This document shows positions 8,526-19,072 of a stretch of 64,000 bases of DNA, piece after piece. This DNA is from Acidimicrobiia bacterium. Its GTDB lineage: Bacteria; Actinomycetota; Acidimicrobiia; Spongiisociales; UBA5794. The translations under genes were made by a program, and so were the position numbers. The notes beneath the pieces are model-generated. The model was given only the letters and a program-made list of their open reading frames with translations, had not been told where the DNA came from and made no database searches. Within the stretch, counting starts at the first letter, position 1. Each line of letters opens with the position of its first letter. Where the stretch lies: positions 212 to 64,211 of the forward strand of contig JASJAS010000002.1 of NCBI GenBank assembly GCA_030066875.1, in the 5' to 3' direction.

Positions 8526-10393
8526 GACGGATCCCCAACTAGGTCGATGATCTTCTTTGTGATTTCGTTGGCCATGAACGGTTCCCCCTGCACCTTGTTG
8601 AGCGTGACCGTCGGCACGAGGTAGGCAGCCCGCAGCAATGCTGCCAGCTGCCCACTATTGAGTTCCGGGACGAGTACCTTCTCGTAAGCGGCAAGCAAAT
8701 CCCCGAGATTTCGCGGGAATGGATTCAGATAACGCACATGGAGGTGCGCCGCCGGGTATCCGGCATCTGTCGCGTTGTTGACCGCGGCGCGGACAGCACC
8801 AAACGTCGAGCCCCAGCTGACCACCAGTGTCTTGGCTTCCTCGGGACCGGACACCTCCGCTTCGGGTATGTCATTGGCGATGCCGGCGATCTTGGCGGCC
8901 CGGGCCTCGGTCATCAGCTCGTGGTTGTCTGGATCGTAGGACACAAGCCCGGTCAAGGCGTCCTTCTCCAACCCGCCGACGCGATGCTCTAAGCCGGGGG
9001 TTCCCGGGATTGCCCACGGCCTGGCTCCGGTCACCTCGTCACGGGCATACGGCAGATACTCCCCATCAGGCCCGTTCGGCTCGGTCGCGTACTTGATGTC
9101 GAACTCGGGCAGATTGTCGAAATCCGGGATCTGCCACGGTTCTGCGCCGTTTGCCAGATATCCATCAGAGAGCAGGATCACCGGGGTCATGTACTTGAGC
9201 GCGAGACGGGCGGCCTCCATGGCGACCTCGAACGCGTCACTGGGCGACGCGGCGGCGATGACGGGCAGCGGGGCTTCGCCATGGCGACCGTAGAGAGCCA
9301 TCATCAGGTCTGATTGCTCCACCTTGGTCGGCAGACCCGTCGATGGGCCGGCGCGCTGTACGTCGACGAGCACCAACGGCAATTCGGTCGTCAGCGCCAG
9401 GCTCAGCGTTTCGCTCTTGAGAGAGACGCCGGGACCGGAGGTCGTGGTGACGGCGAGATGGCCGGCGAAGGCGGCTCCCAACGCCACACCTACGCCGGCG
9501 ATTTCGTCCTCGGCCTGGAACGTCTTCACCCCAAAGTGCTTGAGACGAGCGATCTCCTCGAGGATCGATGTTGCCGGCGTGATCGGGTATGACCCGAGGA
9601 ACAGCGGGAGGCCGGCGGCCTTGGCTGCGGCGACGAGCCCCCAAGCTAGTGCCTGGTTTCCGGTGATATTGGCGTACTCGCCGGGTGGGAGCTTGGCCGG
9701 AGCAACCTCGAAGGTGTGGTGGAACTCCTCGGTCGTGTTTCCGAAGTTGAAACCGGCGCGGAGAGCTTCGACATTCGCCCTGGCGACCGGGTTCTCGGCC
9801 CCGAACTTGTTGTTGACCCACTCGAGGATCGGTTCGGTGGGTCGGTTGAACATCCACGAGATGAGACCCAGCGCAAAGAAGTTCTTCGATCGCAGCACTG
9901 ATCTGCCGGTGACTCCGGTGTCCTTGACGGCGATCTTGGTCAGCTTCTCCATCGGTGCCGTGAGGACGTGGTAGCCGCTCAGGCTGTCGTCGTGGAGCGG
10001 GTTGGTTTCGTATCCCGCCTTCTCGAGGTTGCGCTCGTCGAACGCGTCTTCGTTTGCGAGAATCAGCCCGCCCGGCTTGACATCTCTGAGGTTGGTTTTG
10101 AGCGCAGCCGGATTCATGGCCACGAGGACATCGGCCTCGTCTCCATGGGTGAGGATGTCCCAGTCGGCGATGTGGACTTGAAATGAGGAAACCCCGGCGA
10201 GAGTGCCCTGAGGTGCCCTGATCTCCGCTGGAAAGCTCGGGAACGTGGCCAGGTCGTTGCCGAAAGCGGCTGAGGTCTCGGTGAACCGGGTCCCGGCTAG
10301 CTGCATTCCGTCACCCGAATCTCCGGCGAATCGGATCACGACTTGATCACGCTGCTCGGGTGGCTTGGGGGGAGAGAGAGTCTCTTCCTGCAT
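8522..10393 (-). CDS. korA: 2-oxoacid:ferredoxin oxidoreductase, alpha subunit (fused alpha/gamma type).
   Basis: 623 aa. 'IRFAGDSGDGMQLAG' is the gamma-like N-terminus and 'GSYPITPATSILEE' is the alpha domain. It is paired with korB as in actinobacterial KGOR. Confidence 0.9.
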   Translation of the reverse strand: MQEETLSPPKPPEQRDQVVIRFAGDSGDGMQLAGTRFTETSAAFGNDLATFPSFPAEIRAPQGTLAGVSSFQVHIADWDILTHGDEADVLVAMNPAALKTNLRDVKPGGLILANEDAFDERNLEKAGYETNPLHDDSLSGYHVLTAPMEKLTKIAVKDTGVTGRSVLRSKNFFALGLISWMFNRPTEPILEWVNNKFGAENPVARANVEALRAGFNFGNTTEEFHHTFEVAPAKLPPGEYANITGNQALAWGLVAAAKAAGLPLFLGSYPITPATSILEEIARLKHFGVKTFQAEDEIAGVGVALGAAFAGHLAVTTTSGPGVSLKSETLSLALTTELPLVLVDVQRAGPSTGLPTKVEQSDLMMALYGRHGEAPLPVIAAASPSDAFEVAMEAARLALKYMTPVILLSDGYLANGAEPWQIPDFDNLPEFDIKYATEPNGPDGEYLPYARDEVTGARPWAIPGTPGLEHRVGGLEKDALTGLVSYDPDNHELMTEARAAKIAGIANDIPEAEVSGPEEAKTLVVSWGSTFGAVRAAVNNATDAGYPAAHLHVRYLNPFPRNLGDLLAAYEKVLVPELNSGQLAALLRAAYLVPTVTLNKVQGEPFMANEITKKIIDLVGDPS

Positions 10394-10541
10394 CGTGGAT
10401 GCTCCTATGAGTGGCTGCGCAAGCGGCCTTGTTGCCTATTCTGTCTATGGATCGAACCGCTGTCGCGCACCGAACCGGTTGCTTAGTCTATGCGCTCTGC
10501 CGAGCATTTACAGCGACTGGGCTTGGTACGGTCTGAGCCGT

Positions 10542-11930
10542 TCAATCTTGCGATCCATGCGGCGCGTTGCACCTGCTCAACCCTGCATCCTCGAGAGCCA
10601 GACCGATCTCGAGCAGGCGGTGTTCTTCCCAGCGACGGCCGATGAGTTGAACGCTTGGAGGTGGCTTCCCGGCTCGCTGAAGCGGTAGGGCTAGCGCCGG
10701 CATGCCTGTGTGGTTGACCAGCGCGGTGAATCGTGAGAGCTGCGGACGGAACGAGACCATCTTGCCGGCTACGTCGATGAGCTCGTCGCCGATCGGCTTC
10801 CTGTTGGCGGCCACTGTCGGCGTCATCAGTGCATCACAGCTTTCCAGTGCGGCTTGCGCAACGTGCCGGATCCGAGCGCGCCACTCTTGGGCACGAACGT
10901 AGCGGATGGGATCTGTGTCGAAGGCCTCTGCCATCCGTTGGGCGACGTCTGGTCCGTATGACTCGGGGTGGTGTTGCCATCGATCGTTGTGCACGGCCGC
11001 TACCTCGGGGTACACCGAGTCTTCCAAGGTGCTTGCCGGTACCAGATCGGGAAGGTCTAGATCGATCAGCTTGGCTCCTCGGTCCGTCAAGGCTTTGCGG
11101 ATGCTGGCGAATCCGTCGGCGACGTCGCCTGTTTGCGGGAGGTCGACCCAGGGGTGGGGGATGCCCAAAGTGAGCTGGCGCAGCGAGGCAGATCCCTGTG
11201 GGGTGACCACGGGCTGCGGTGCCGACCAGGGATCCGCCGGGTCGTGGCCGGCGATGATGAGATACACCGAGGCTGCGTCCTCAACGGTCCTGGTGAGCGG
11301 CCCCACGGTGTCGAGCGAGGGCGCCAGCGGGAAGACTCCCGTCAGTGGAACCCGGCCGTGTGTGACCTTGAGGCCGACGATCCCGCAAATGGCGGCTGGG
11401 ACTCGGACCGAACCTCCGGTGTCGGTGCCCAATGCCGCGACCGCGGCGCCGGCTGCAACAGCTGCCGCTGACCCGCCCGAAGAGCCGCCGGGCGAAAGCG
11501 AAGTGTCCCAAGGATTGCGGACCGCGCCGAACCAGTGATTCTCGCTGGAGAACCCGAACGCGTATTCATGTAGTCCCGTTCGGCCGATGATGACCGCGCC
11601 CGCCCCTTCGAGCCGGGTAATCACGGTTGCGCTTTCCTGCGGGATAGGAGGCGGCAGGCTGGTGCCGGCCGTGTTCGGACGCCCCGCGTGGTCGATGAGA
11701 TCCTTGACGGCAATCGGCACTCCGGCGAGCCGACCACCACCCCCACCGCGGGCTACGCGGGCGTCCACCTCGGCGGCCGCCCGTGATGCGTGCTCGTAGT
11801 CGATATGGGTGAAGGCGTTGATGGCCGGTTGGGTCGCCTCAGCCCGTGCCAGGTAGTCGGCGACGACTTCGACCGCCGACAACTCACCGCCGTTCACCGC
11901 ACGTGCAATCTCGGCGATACCGGCCGGCAT
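10542..11930 (-). CDS. Amidase (amidase-signature family).
   Basis: AS motif '[33 protein letters not shown]'. ATG 11930 with a GGGAG RBS is preferred over the track's TTG at 11945. Confidence 0.85.
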   Translation of the reverse strand: MPAGIAEIARAVNGGELSAVEVVADYLARAEATQPAINAFTHIDYEHASRAAAEVDARVARGGGGGRLAGVPIAVKDLIDHAGRPNTAGTSLPPPIPQESATVITRLEGAGAVIIGRTGLHEYAFGFSSENHWFGAVRNPWDTSLSPGGSSGGSAAAVAAGAAVAALGTDTGGSVRVPAAICGIVGLKVTHGRVPLTGVFPLAPSLDTVGPLTRTVEDAASVYLIIAGHDPADPWSAPQPVVTPQGSASLRQLTLGIPHPWVDLPQTGDVADGFASIRKALTDRGAKLIDLDLPDLVPASTLEDSVYPEVAAVHNDRWQHHPESYGPDVAQRMAEAFDTDPIRYVRAQEWRARIRHVAQAALESCDALMTPTVAANRKPIGDELIDVAGKMVSFRPQLSRFTALVNHTGMPALALPLQRAGKPPPSVQLIGRRWEEHRLLEIGLALEDAGLSRCNAPHGSQD

Positions 11931-11935
11931 TTGAC

Positions 11936-13120
11936 TCACTCCCAACTGACCCGCTGGTTATCGGGGAAGATCGAGACCCAAAGTCTCCCCGGAGGAAGCA
12001 CGATGGGCGATCCGTCGGGCAGGGTGAGCTCGAAGCGCTCGTCGGCTGACTCTCGGGCCCAGTTTCCTTCGACCACCATGCCGCTGTAGAAGACGTAAGC
12101 GTCGCCGCTCCCAAAGGTGTCGAGTGCGGGTACCGCTGAGCCGGCTCCGCTCGATGAGCTCGCCCAGTACCTGGTCGCATTGATGACGACCAGTGTGTCC
12201 GCGGCGATCTGGTGTTCGAGAACCTCGGGCTCAGTTGTGGTCGTTGTGCTCGCGCCGGATTCGTTCCCGTCGTCGTCTGAGCCGTCGGTGTCAGACGAAT
12301 CGTCGATGTCGTCGTCGCTGGGCAGAGCGAGCCAGTTGTGCGGAGTCGATCCGATGAACCTCAGGTATTCGCTGCCGGTCCATTCCCAACGCACCTCGGG
12401 TCGATCCGACCAATCGAGAGTCACCTCGTCGGCTCCGGCTAGCCCAAGAGTCGGTTCACCGAAGTCGAACATCGGCTGGGTCGGCGGTTCATCAGGGTAA
12501 CCACGCCGATCCGCTTCGTCTCTCATCAGCAAAGTAGAGCCGTAGAGGTTGTGTGGTGCCCGCCGAGTGCCAATTCGAAACGTCGTGTTGCCGTTGTCGC
12601 CCAGCAACTTCACTCCGTAGCCGGCGATGACGCCGCTGATCCACGGTTGGGCGCCGGAGATCTGCAGAGGAGCACCGAGATACTTGACCAGCGTGGGGTC
12701 GGTCGGTCGGCCCGAGCGAATCGGGCCAAGGAACTCGGTGTCGGAATGGTGGAAGAGAGCAATGAACCGTGTCAGGCCCCCTTCGACGAGCAGTTCGTAG
12801 ATGGCATCGGCCTGTTCGATCCCCGACTGTGGACGGGCGTTCCAGTGGTTGTCGATCTTGACCGCGATGACGCGCCTTTCGAGCATGGCTTCGTCGGCGA
12901 CGCCAAGACCATTCAGCGGGGAAGGCGGCAGGGTGGTCACCGTCGTCGTTGTCGCCGGCGCCGAGGTGGGTGGCACGGTCGTCGGGTCTGCGGTTGTTTC
13001 GACGACGGGTGCGAGCGTCGTCAGCTGTGTGGTCGTGCTGGGCTCGGTCTCGTCTCCGCTGCAGGCAGCAATGGTGAGGGCGAACGCAACCAAGACCATG
13101 AGGGGTTTGGAGATAGTCAC
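11936..13120 (-). CDS. DUF3048-family lipoprotein.
   Basis: Lipobox 'AFALTIAAC|SGD', a Thr/Pro-rich linker, and 'VKIDNHWNARPQSGIEQADAIYELLVEGGLTRFIALF', which is typical of DUF3048. Confidence 0.7.
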   Translation of the reverse strand: MTISKPLMVLVAFALTIAACSGDETEPSTTTQLTTLAPVVETTADPTTVPPTSAPATTTTVTTLPPSPLNGLGVADEAMLERRVIAVKIDNHWNARPQSGIEQADAIYELLVEGGLTRFIALFHHSDTEFLGPIRSGRPTDPTLVKYLGAPLQISGAQPWISGVIAGYGVKLLGDNGNTTFRIGTRRAPHNLYGSTLLMRDEADRRGYPDEPPTQPMFDFGEPTLGLAGADEVTLDWSDRPEVRWEWTGSEYLRFIGSTPHNWLALPSDDDIDDSSDTDGSDDDGNESGASTTTTTEPEVLEHQIAADTLVVINATRYWASSSSGAGSAVPALDTFGSGDAYVFYSGMVVEGNWARESADERFELTLPDGSPIVLPPGRLWVSIFPDNQRVSWE

Positions 13121-13183
13121 GAGGGCGGAGTGTATACCCGGCCCGGAGGCAACCCGAGGAATCGACCGACTACCGTCGTCTGT

Positions 13184-13861
13184 ATGAAGGGACTCGTGGA
13201 GTTTGTTGCAGCCGAGCTGGCCGTCCGGGCGAATCCTGAGAAGGCGGCTGGCATGGCCGCCTATATGAAGACAGATATGCCGTTCTACGGTGTCCAGAAG
13301 CAGGGTCGGGTCGAAGTCGCCAGGGCGATGAAACGACTATTCCCCATTGACGACCTGGCAACATACCGTGCCGCCATCGAGGCTCTGTGGGTTCAGCCGC
13401 GTCGTGAGGAGAAGTACATCGCGATTGCCGTAGCCAAGGAGTACAAGCAATTCCTCACCTTCGAGAACCTCGACCTGTACCGGCGGCTCATTGTCGAAGG
13501 AGCATGGTGGGACTTCGTCGATGAGGTGGCGATACATTGCGTAGGAATCGTCTACCTCAACGACCGGGACCGCATCGAGACCGTCATCGAGGAATGGGTC
13601 GACGACGAGGTCATGTGGTTGCGACGCACCAGTCTGATCTCGCACATCAAACACAAGGAGCAGACCGACTACGAACTGCTATTCGACCACTGCTTGCGCC
13701 GCGCCGCGGAGAAGGAGTTCTTCATTCGCAAAGCCATCGGCTGGACGTTGCGGGAGTACGCCAAGATCGCGCCAGAACGGGTAGCGGGGTTCTTGTTGGA
13801 GCACCGCGACCGCTGGTCGGGTTTGAGCTTCCGCGAGGCGGCCAAGCACCTAGATATCTGA
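13184..13861 (+). CDS. DNA alkylation repair protein (AlkD/AlkC-like HEAT-repeat family).
   Basis: Start at ATG 13184. The track's 5' extension is antisense to the DUF3048 gene. 'AAYMKTDMPFYGVQKQGR' and 'FIRKAIGWTLREY' match the family. Confidence 0.75.
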   Translation: MKGLVEFVAAELAVRANPEKAAGMAAYMKTDMPFYGVQKQGRVEVARAMKRLFPIDDLATYRAAIEALWVQPRREEKYIAIAVAKEYKQFLTFENLDLYRRLIVEGAWWDFVDEVAIHCVGIVYLNDRDRIETVIEEWVDDEVMWLRRTSLISHIKHKEQTDYELLFDHCLRRAAEKEFFIRKAIGWTLREYAKIAPERVAGFLLEHRDRWSGLSFREAAKHLDI

Positions 13862-13886
13862 GCGCGGCGACGGATATCATCGCCCC

Positions 13887-14513
13887 ATGATCGAGCGGGC
13901 ATTGTGGAATGAGAGGTACCGGGAGAGGGGAGCGCTGTGGGGCGCTGCGCCCAACCAGTTTGTCGTCGACCGGCTGCGCGGGCTAGAGCCGTGTCGAGTG
14001 CTCGATCTGGGAGCGGGGCAAGGTCGCAACGCAATCTGGCTGGCGGAACAGGGGCACCGGGTCACCGCCGTCGACCTGTCCGATGTAGCCATCGAGCAAG
14101 CTCGAGAGCTCGCGGCGGGTGCAGGAGTCGAAGTGGACCTCGTCGCGGCGGACCTCAGTGCCTGGGAACCAGAGGCCGCGTCCTTTGATCTGGTATTGCT
14201 GGTGTACGTGCAGGTGCCGGAGGACCTGCGCAAGGAACTCCATGCCAAGGCGATCGGGGCGCTGGCACCCGGGGGGCAGGTTGTGGTGATCGCACATCAT
14301 CGCGACAACCTCGATCACGGAGTTGGTGGCCCGCCCATGCCGGAGATCTTGTTTGATGAGGAGTTACTCGCGGCCGACTTCGCTGAGCTCGACGTCATCG
14401 AGAACGGCCGGGTATTGCGGCATGTCGACCGGGATGGCGTGAAAGGTGACGCCATCGACATTGTCTTCATGGCGCGGCGGGTGGGCCAGCGCGGCTCCGT
14501 TGGGGCGGACTAG
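13887..14513 (+). CDS. Class I SAM-dependent methyltransferase.
   Basis: SAM motif I 'VLDLGAGQGRNAIWLAEQGHRVTAVD'. 208 aa. Confidence 0.8.
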   Translation: MIERALWNERYRERGALWGAAPNQFVVDRLRGLEPCRVLDLGAGQGRNAIWLAEQGHRVTAVDLSDVAIEQARELAAGAGVEVDLVAADLSAWEPEAASFDLVLLVYVQVPEDLRKELHAKAIGALAPGGQVVVIAHHRDNLDHGVGGPPMPEILFDEELLAADFAELDVIENGRVLRHVDRDGVKGDAIDIVFMARRVGQRGSVGAD

Positions 14514-15004
14514 CCCAGTCTTCCGGCACTCGCCGGTGGCCAATAGCGGGCGACGACCCGCCACCGGATCGTGTCCTCTTCCACTGGACCGATGGTTCTG
14601 CTGTCTGCTGCCGAGGCCGGTCGGTTGTCTCCGAGTACGAACACCTCGCCGGCGTGTAGAGGCCACTCCCCATCCGGCCGTGTCGGCCCATCTGCCCACG
14701 GCTCGGCGAGGACTATGCCGTCAACGTGCACATATCCGTTGCTCAGCACGATGCTCTCTCCGGGTAAGCCTACGACCCGTTTGACTAGTTCAAAGCCTGC
14801 AATCTCGGGGTGGGGGAGAATGACCAGTTCTCCGCGAACGAGATCTCCTTGTCTGGCAGCCGCGATGATGTAGTCACCTGCCGCGAGCCCAGGCTCCATC
14901 GACGACTCGCGCACCTCATAGCGGCGCCACCGGCCCTTGAGTCCGATCGCGGCCGCGGCGGCTACTGCTCCTGCAAGGGCGACTCTGCTCAGACGCGGAG
15001 ACAT
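14510..15004 (-). CDS. sodX: S26-family signal-peptidase-like protease, the NiSOD maturation protease.
   Basis: Catalytic 'SMEPGL' Ser box, 'VKRVVGLPGE' Lys box and 'GDNRPASAADSR'. It is divergently adjacent to sodN, which is the established sodX arrangement. Confidence 0.8.
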   Translation of the reverse strand: MSPRLSRVALAGAVAAAAAIGLKGRWRRYEVRESSMEPGLAAGDYIIAAARQGDLVRGELVILPHPEIAGFELVKRVVGLPGESIVLSNGYVHVDGIVLAEPWADGPTRPDGEWPLHAGEVFVLGDNRPASAADSRTIGPVEEDTIRWRVVARYWPPASAGRLG

Positions 15005-15102
15005 CGGGATTCCTTTCCACTGCTGAGTCTACGGAGACGTCGCGGGCCCTGTCACGGGAGTGTATGGTCGCGACAGGAATCTCAAACACCAGGAGGTGAC
15101 CG

Positions 15103-15519
15103 GTGGGATTGTTCCGACCCACAAGGGTGGCACATGCGCATTGCGACCTGTTCTGCGGCGTCTACGACCCGGCCCAGGCGATGATCGAAGCGAAGTCGGT
15201 GCTCAACTGCTGTACCAAGTACCACGCGTCTGATGATGAGGTGTTTCGGGCGCGGTGCATCTCGGTCAAGGAAGAGCGCGCCGAACTGGTGAAGCATCAC
15301 CTGAACGTGCTGTGGGCCGACTTCTTCAAGCCACCGCATCTAGAGCAGTTCCCTAATCTGCACGACCTGTTCTGGCGGGCAATCAAGGCTGCCGGGGACG
15401 CTAAGAAGTCGATGGACCCTGCAGTTTCCGAAGGGCTCATCGCGCTCATCCAGGAGATTTCGGATATCTTCTGGCAGACCGAGGCCGCTCAAGCGGCCGG
15501 GGTCTACCCGCCGAGCTAG
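15103..15519 (+). CDS. sodN: Nickel-containing superoxide dismutase precursor.
   Basis: GTG start 6 nt after an AGGAGG RBS. A 12-aa leader 'MGLFRPTRVAHA' is followed by the Ni-hook 'HCDLFCGVYDP' (canonical HCxxPCGxY). Confidence 0.9.
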   Translation: MGLFRPTRVAHAHCDLFCGVYDPAQAMIEAKSVLNCCTKYHASDDEVFRARCISVKEERAELVKHHLNVLWADFFKPPHLEQFPNLHDLFWRAIKAAGDAKKSMDPAVSEGLIALIQEISDIFWQTEAAQAAGVYPPS

Positions 15520-15541
15520 GCAGTCGCAAGAGACGCTTATA

Positions 15542-15568
15542 GGAAGGGGCCCCGACGGGGCCCCTTCC
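15542..15568. terminator. GC-rich perfect hairpin between convergent sodN and the ABC ATPase gene; likely a bidirectional terminator.
   Basis: GGAAGGGGCCCC-gac-GGGGCCCCTTCC is a 12-nt perfect inverted repeat. It is followed by GTTT on the plus strand. Confidence 0.7.
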
Positions 15569-15586
15569 GTTTCCAGCCGGTGACTT

Positions 15587-16375
15587 TCAGTCGTGGAAGT
15601 GTTCCAGCTCGTCCTGGGTTGCCTCACCGGGCATCTTGCCCATGATGATCATCGCCAGGACTTCGTCCTTGGTGACTTCGTCCTTGTTGACGGTCCCGAC
15701 CAGCTTCCCCTGAGCCATCACCGAAATGCGATCGGCGAGATCGAACACATCGTGGATGTCGTGGCTGATCAGGAAGATCCCGATACCCTCTGCTTTGAGC
15801 TGCTGGATCAGGTCGTTCACCTGCTCGGTCTCGGCGGGGCCGAGCGCCGCGGTCGGCTCGTCCATGATGAGGATCTTGGCGTTGAAGTGAACGGCCCGGG
15901 CGATCGCTACCGACTGGCGCTGGCCGCCTGACAGCGACTGCACCGGCACCTTGAAGTTCTCGAACCTGGGGTTGAGCCTTCCCATGACGGTGCGTGATGC
16001 ATTTTCCATCGCCCGGTCATCGAGAGTTCCCCAGTTGGTACGCAGCTCGCGTCCCAGGAACATGTTGGCCGGGGCGTCGATGTTCTCCGCCAGAGCCAGA
16101 GTCTGGTAGATCGTCTCGATGTTGTATTCCTTGGCGTCACGCGGCGTTTCGATGTGGGCCAGTTCGCCGTTGACAAAGATCTTGCCCGAGTCGGCCTTGT
16201 GCGCCCCGGAGAGCGTCTTGATCAGCGTGGTCTTGCCGGCACCATTGCCGCCGACGACAGCAACGACCTCACCGGGGAAGAGATTGACCGTGACACCGTC
16301 GACAGCGTGAACTCCGCCGAACGCGACCCGGATGTCGCGCAACTCGACCAAGGGAGTGGTGGTTTGTGTAGTCAT
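15587..16375 (-). CDS. Sugar ABC transporter ATP-binding protein (single NBD, CUT2-like).
   Basis: Walker A 'GGNGAGKTT', signature 'LSGGQRQ' and Walker B 'ILIMDEPT'. Confidence 0.9.
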   Translation of the reverse strand: MTTQTTTPLVELRDIRVAFGGVHAVDGVTVNLFPGEVVAVVGGNGAGKTTLIKTLSGAHKADSGKIFVNGELAHIETPRDAKEYNIETIYQTLALAENIDAPANMFLGRELRTNWGTLDDRAMENASRTVMGRLNPRFENFKVPVQSLSGGQRQSVAIARAVHFNAKILIMDEPTAALGPAETEQVNDLIQQLKAEGIGIFLISHDIHDVFDLADRISVMAQGKLVGTVNKDEVTKDEVLAMIIMGKMPGEATQDELEHFHD

Positions 16376-17688
16376 GCTGATGCCCGCCTCCTGTAAACGG
16401 TGTCCAAGGCGACCGCCAAGACCAGTACCACCCCAACTGCGATGTCCTGGGCGGCAGTCTCGACGCCGACGAGAGCCATGCCGGATTGCAGCGACTGCAT
16501 GACCAGTGCGCCCAGCATCGCGCCCGGGATGGTGCCGACGCCACCGGTGAGCGACGTGCCGCCGATGACGGCTGCGGCAATGACATAGAGCTCCGTGAGC
16601 TGGCCTAGACCGCTCACCGCGGCATTGAGACGTGCCACCTGGACCGCGGCGCCGATCCCGACCAGGATGCCCATCAGAGCAAACGTCTTGATGATCGTGG
16701 CACGCGTTTTGATACCGGCCAGCTCCGCGGCCTCGGGATTGCCGCCGATCGCGTAGACATACCGGCCGAATCTGAGCCGGGTGGCCACGAATGTCATCAC
16801 CAAGACGACACCGATCGCAATCAAGACCGGGTTGGCAAGACCAAACGGGATATCGCCACCGCCACGCTGCTCGGCGAGACGCGGTGGCAAGAGGTAACTG
16901 TTGAGATACGCGATCGCGCCCAGCACAACAACGATGCTGACTCCGCCGATGGTGTAGTCAGCCCAGCGGGGACGAAGCTTGAAGCCGAACCGGATGCGCT
17001 GCCGGCGGCCATTTATGAGCAAGAACACGATGCCGGCGCAGGCAAGGATGCCCACTATCCAGCTCCACGTGTAGCCGATGGTGCCTCGCGCCCCCCCGCC
17101 AAGCAGCTGGAACGTCGCGTCCATCGGAGCAATGGTCCGCCCGGATGCCATCATCCAGGCCGCTCCGCGCCACACCAGCAGCCCGCCGAGGGTCACGATG
17201 AATGAAGGCACACCGACGTAGGCAATGATGGCGCCCTGGAATGCGCCGAGCACCGCACCCATGATGATTCCCGCTGCAAGCGAGATGATCCAGATCCAGG
17301 GACTGTCGAAACCGAGATAATCCGGCAAGATCTCGGCCTGGAGCATGGCCATCGCCATGCCCAGAACTGCAAGCATCGAGCCGACGGAAAGGTCGATGTT
17401 CCTGGTGACGATGACGAGCACCATCCCCGTCGCCATGATTCCTACGGCGGCGGTTTGTACGGAGAGATTCCACAGGTTGCGAGCCGAGAGAAAGGTACCT
17501 TCGCTCCACGAACCCCCGCCGGACCAGAACTGGAATCCAATCCAGATGATCAGCAGCGCCCCGATCATCCCCAGCATGCGAGTGTCGATCTCCATGGCGC
17601 GTATTGCATCTGCGAACGAACCTCCGGGACCGTTGCCGGGATCCATCAACTCGGTTTGCTCCGGTGCCTCAACGGGAGCGTTTGTCAC
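16372..17688 (-). CDS. Sugar ABC transporter permease (XylH/AraH-like).
   Basis: 438-aa polytopic membrane protein. It is translationally coupled to the ATPase gene, and the C-terminal region is typical of CUT2 permeases. Confidence 0.85.
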   Translation of the reverse strand: MTNAPVEAPEQTELMDPGNGPGGSFADAIRAMEIDTRMLGMIGALLIIWIGFQFWSGGGSWSEGTFLSARNLWNLSVQTAAVGIMATGMVLVIVTRNIDLSVGSMLAVLGMAMAMLQAEILPDYLGFDSPWIWIISLAAGIIMGAVLGAFQGAIIAYVGVPSFIVTLGGLLVWRGAAWMMASGRTIAPMDATFQLLGGGARGTIGYTWSWIVGILACAGIVFLLINGRRQRIRFGFKLRPRWADYTIGGVSIVVVLGAIAYLNSYLLPPRLAEQRGGGDIPFGLANPVLIAIGVVLVMTFVATRLRFGRYVYAIGGNPEAAELAGIKTRATIIKTFALMGILVGIGAAVQVARLNAAVSGLGQLTELYVIAAAVIGGTSLTGGVGTIPGAMLGALVMQSLQSGMALVGVETAAQDIAVGVVLVLAVALDTVYRRRASA

Positions 17689-17777
17689 GTTTTCACCTCC
17701 AACCGATAGAACGACGCCGCGCCCCCGAATACTACGGAGGCGCGGCGTGCGATTCTCAAACTACGACGGTTCTCGAC

Positions 17778-18899
17778 CTATGGGCAACCTGCCACCGAGC
17801 CCGAGGGCACGTTCTGGCAAAGAGTTGCCTCATCGATCCATCCAGCGTCGAGGACGACCTGGAGGTTGGCGTTCGTGATCGGAATCGGAGCCAACAGGAT
17901 CGACGTCATCGAGTTGCCGCCGGGGGAGTCGAACTGGACGACACCTGCGATGCTGCCGAGAGCAGTTCCCTGAGCGAGGGCCACAGCAGCCTCACCAGCT
18001 GCCTTGCCCAACTCGCGGGCGTCCTTCCACACCGACACCGTCTGCTCGCCGAGAGCGACACGGTTGAGGGCGGCAGCGTCGCCGTCCTGGCCGGAGACCG
18101 GGGTGATACCGGCCATGCCCTGAGCGCGCAGCGCTTCAACGACGCCGCCTGCGGTACCGTCGTTGGATGCAACGACCGCATCGACCTCATTGTTGTTCTG
18201 CGTCAGGATCTGCTCCATGTTGGTCTGAGCAATCGCCGGATCCCAGTTGTCGGTGTACATCTCGCCAACGTTGACGATCGCGCAGGAGTCATCGAGCTCC
18301 GCACAACCGGTCGCCTCGAGGAGAACCTCTTGCTGACCGCCGCGCAGGAAATCTGCATTGGCGTCCGCCTGGTTGCCCTTGATGAACACGTAGCGGCCTT
18401 CCGGCATCACGTCATAGATAGCACGAGCCTGCATCCGGCCAACCTCGACGTTGTCGAAGGTGATGTACAGCGCACCCTCGTTCTCGATGAGGCGGTCATA
18501 GGCAATGACCGGAATTCCCTGGTCGAGGGCGCTCTGCACAGCCGGCAGGATGGCGGTACCGTCCTGCGCCAGGATGATCACGACATCGGCACCGTCGGTG
18601 ATCAGCTGCTCGACGTCGGTGATCTGCTGCTCAGCGGATGAGCCGGCGTCGGTCGAGATGTACGCCACGCCGGCCGCGTCGAGAGCTGCCTTGATGGCAG
18701 GCTCATCGGACTTTGCCCAGCGCTCTTCGTTGTAGTTGTTCCATGAGACACCGACGATCAGTTCGTCGTCGCCACCCGCGGGGGCTTCGGTCTCATCGGA
18801 TGGGGCGGCAGTTGTCTCGTCTGCGTCGTCATCCCCGCCACATGCTGCGAACAGCATGGCGAGTACAGCGAACAGTGCCACCAGCTTCCTGTAGGACAC
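17778..18899 (-). CDS. Sugar ABC transporter substrate-binding lipoprotein (XylF-like periplasmic-binding fold).
   Basis: GTG start after a GGAGGAGG RBS. Lipobox 'MLFAAC|GGDDD'. 'VGVSWNNYNEERW' is type I PBP-like. Confidence 0.85.
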   Translation of the reverse strand: MSYRKLVALFAVLAMLFAACGGDDDADETTAAPSDETEAPAGGDDELIVGVSWNNYNEERWAKSDEPAIKAALDAAGVAYISTDAGSSAEQQITDVEQLITDGADVVIILAQDGTAILPAVQSALDQGIPVIAYDRLIENEGALYITFDNVEVGRMQARAIYDVMPEGRYVFIKGNQADANADFLRGGQQEVLLEATGCAELDDSCAIVNVGEMYTDNWDPAIAQTNMEQILTQNNNEVDAVVASNDGTAGGVVEALRAQGMAGITPVSGQDGDAAALNRVALGEQTVSVWKDARELGKAAGEAAVALAQGTALGSIAGVVQFDSPGGNSMTSILLAPIPITNANLQVVLDAGWIDEATLCQNVPSGSVAGCP

Positions 18900-19072
18900 T
18901 TTGTTTTCCTCCTCCTAAGGGGTGTCCCAAATTGGGACCCGTGTACCCTAGCTACCTTCTCCACAATTGGTCGGGGCCGAGGCTCATTGGGTGAGCCGAC
19001 CCCGGACCGCTCCCCGGTTCCTCATGGGTGGACCGCGGATTAGCGCACAGCATACGCCCAATATGTTCGATT

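Noticed and set aside
10394-10541. A 148-nt intergenic region upstream of korA, inspected for a tRNA, riboswitch or small RNA.
   Set aside because: I could not recognise a cloverleaf, a conserved riboswitch core or a strong structure. It is most simply the korAB promoter and 5' UTR.
12551-13183. The long 5' extension of the AlkD-like ORF (the track start is at 12551).
   Set aside because: The extension is antisense to the DUF3048 lipoprotein gene and is compositionally odd. Homology begins at 'MKGLVEFVAAEL' (ATG 13184).
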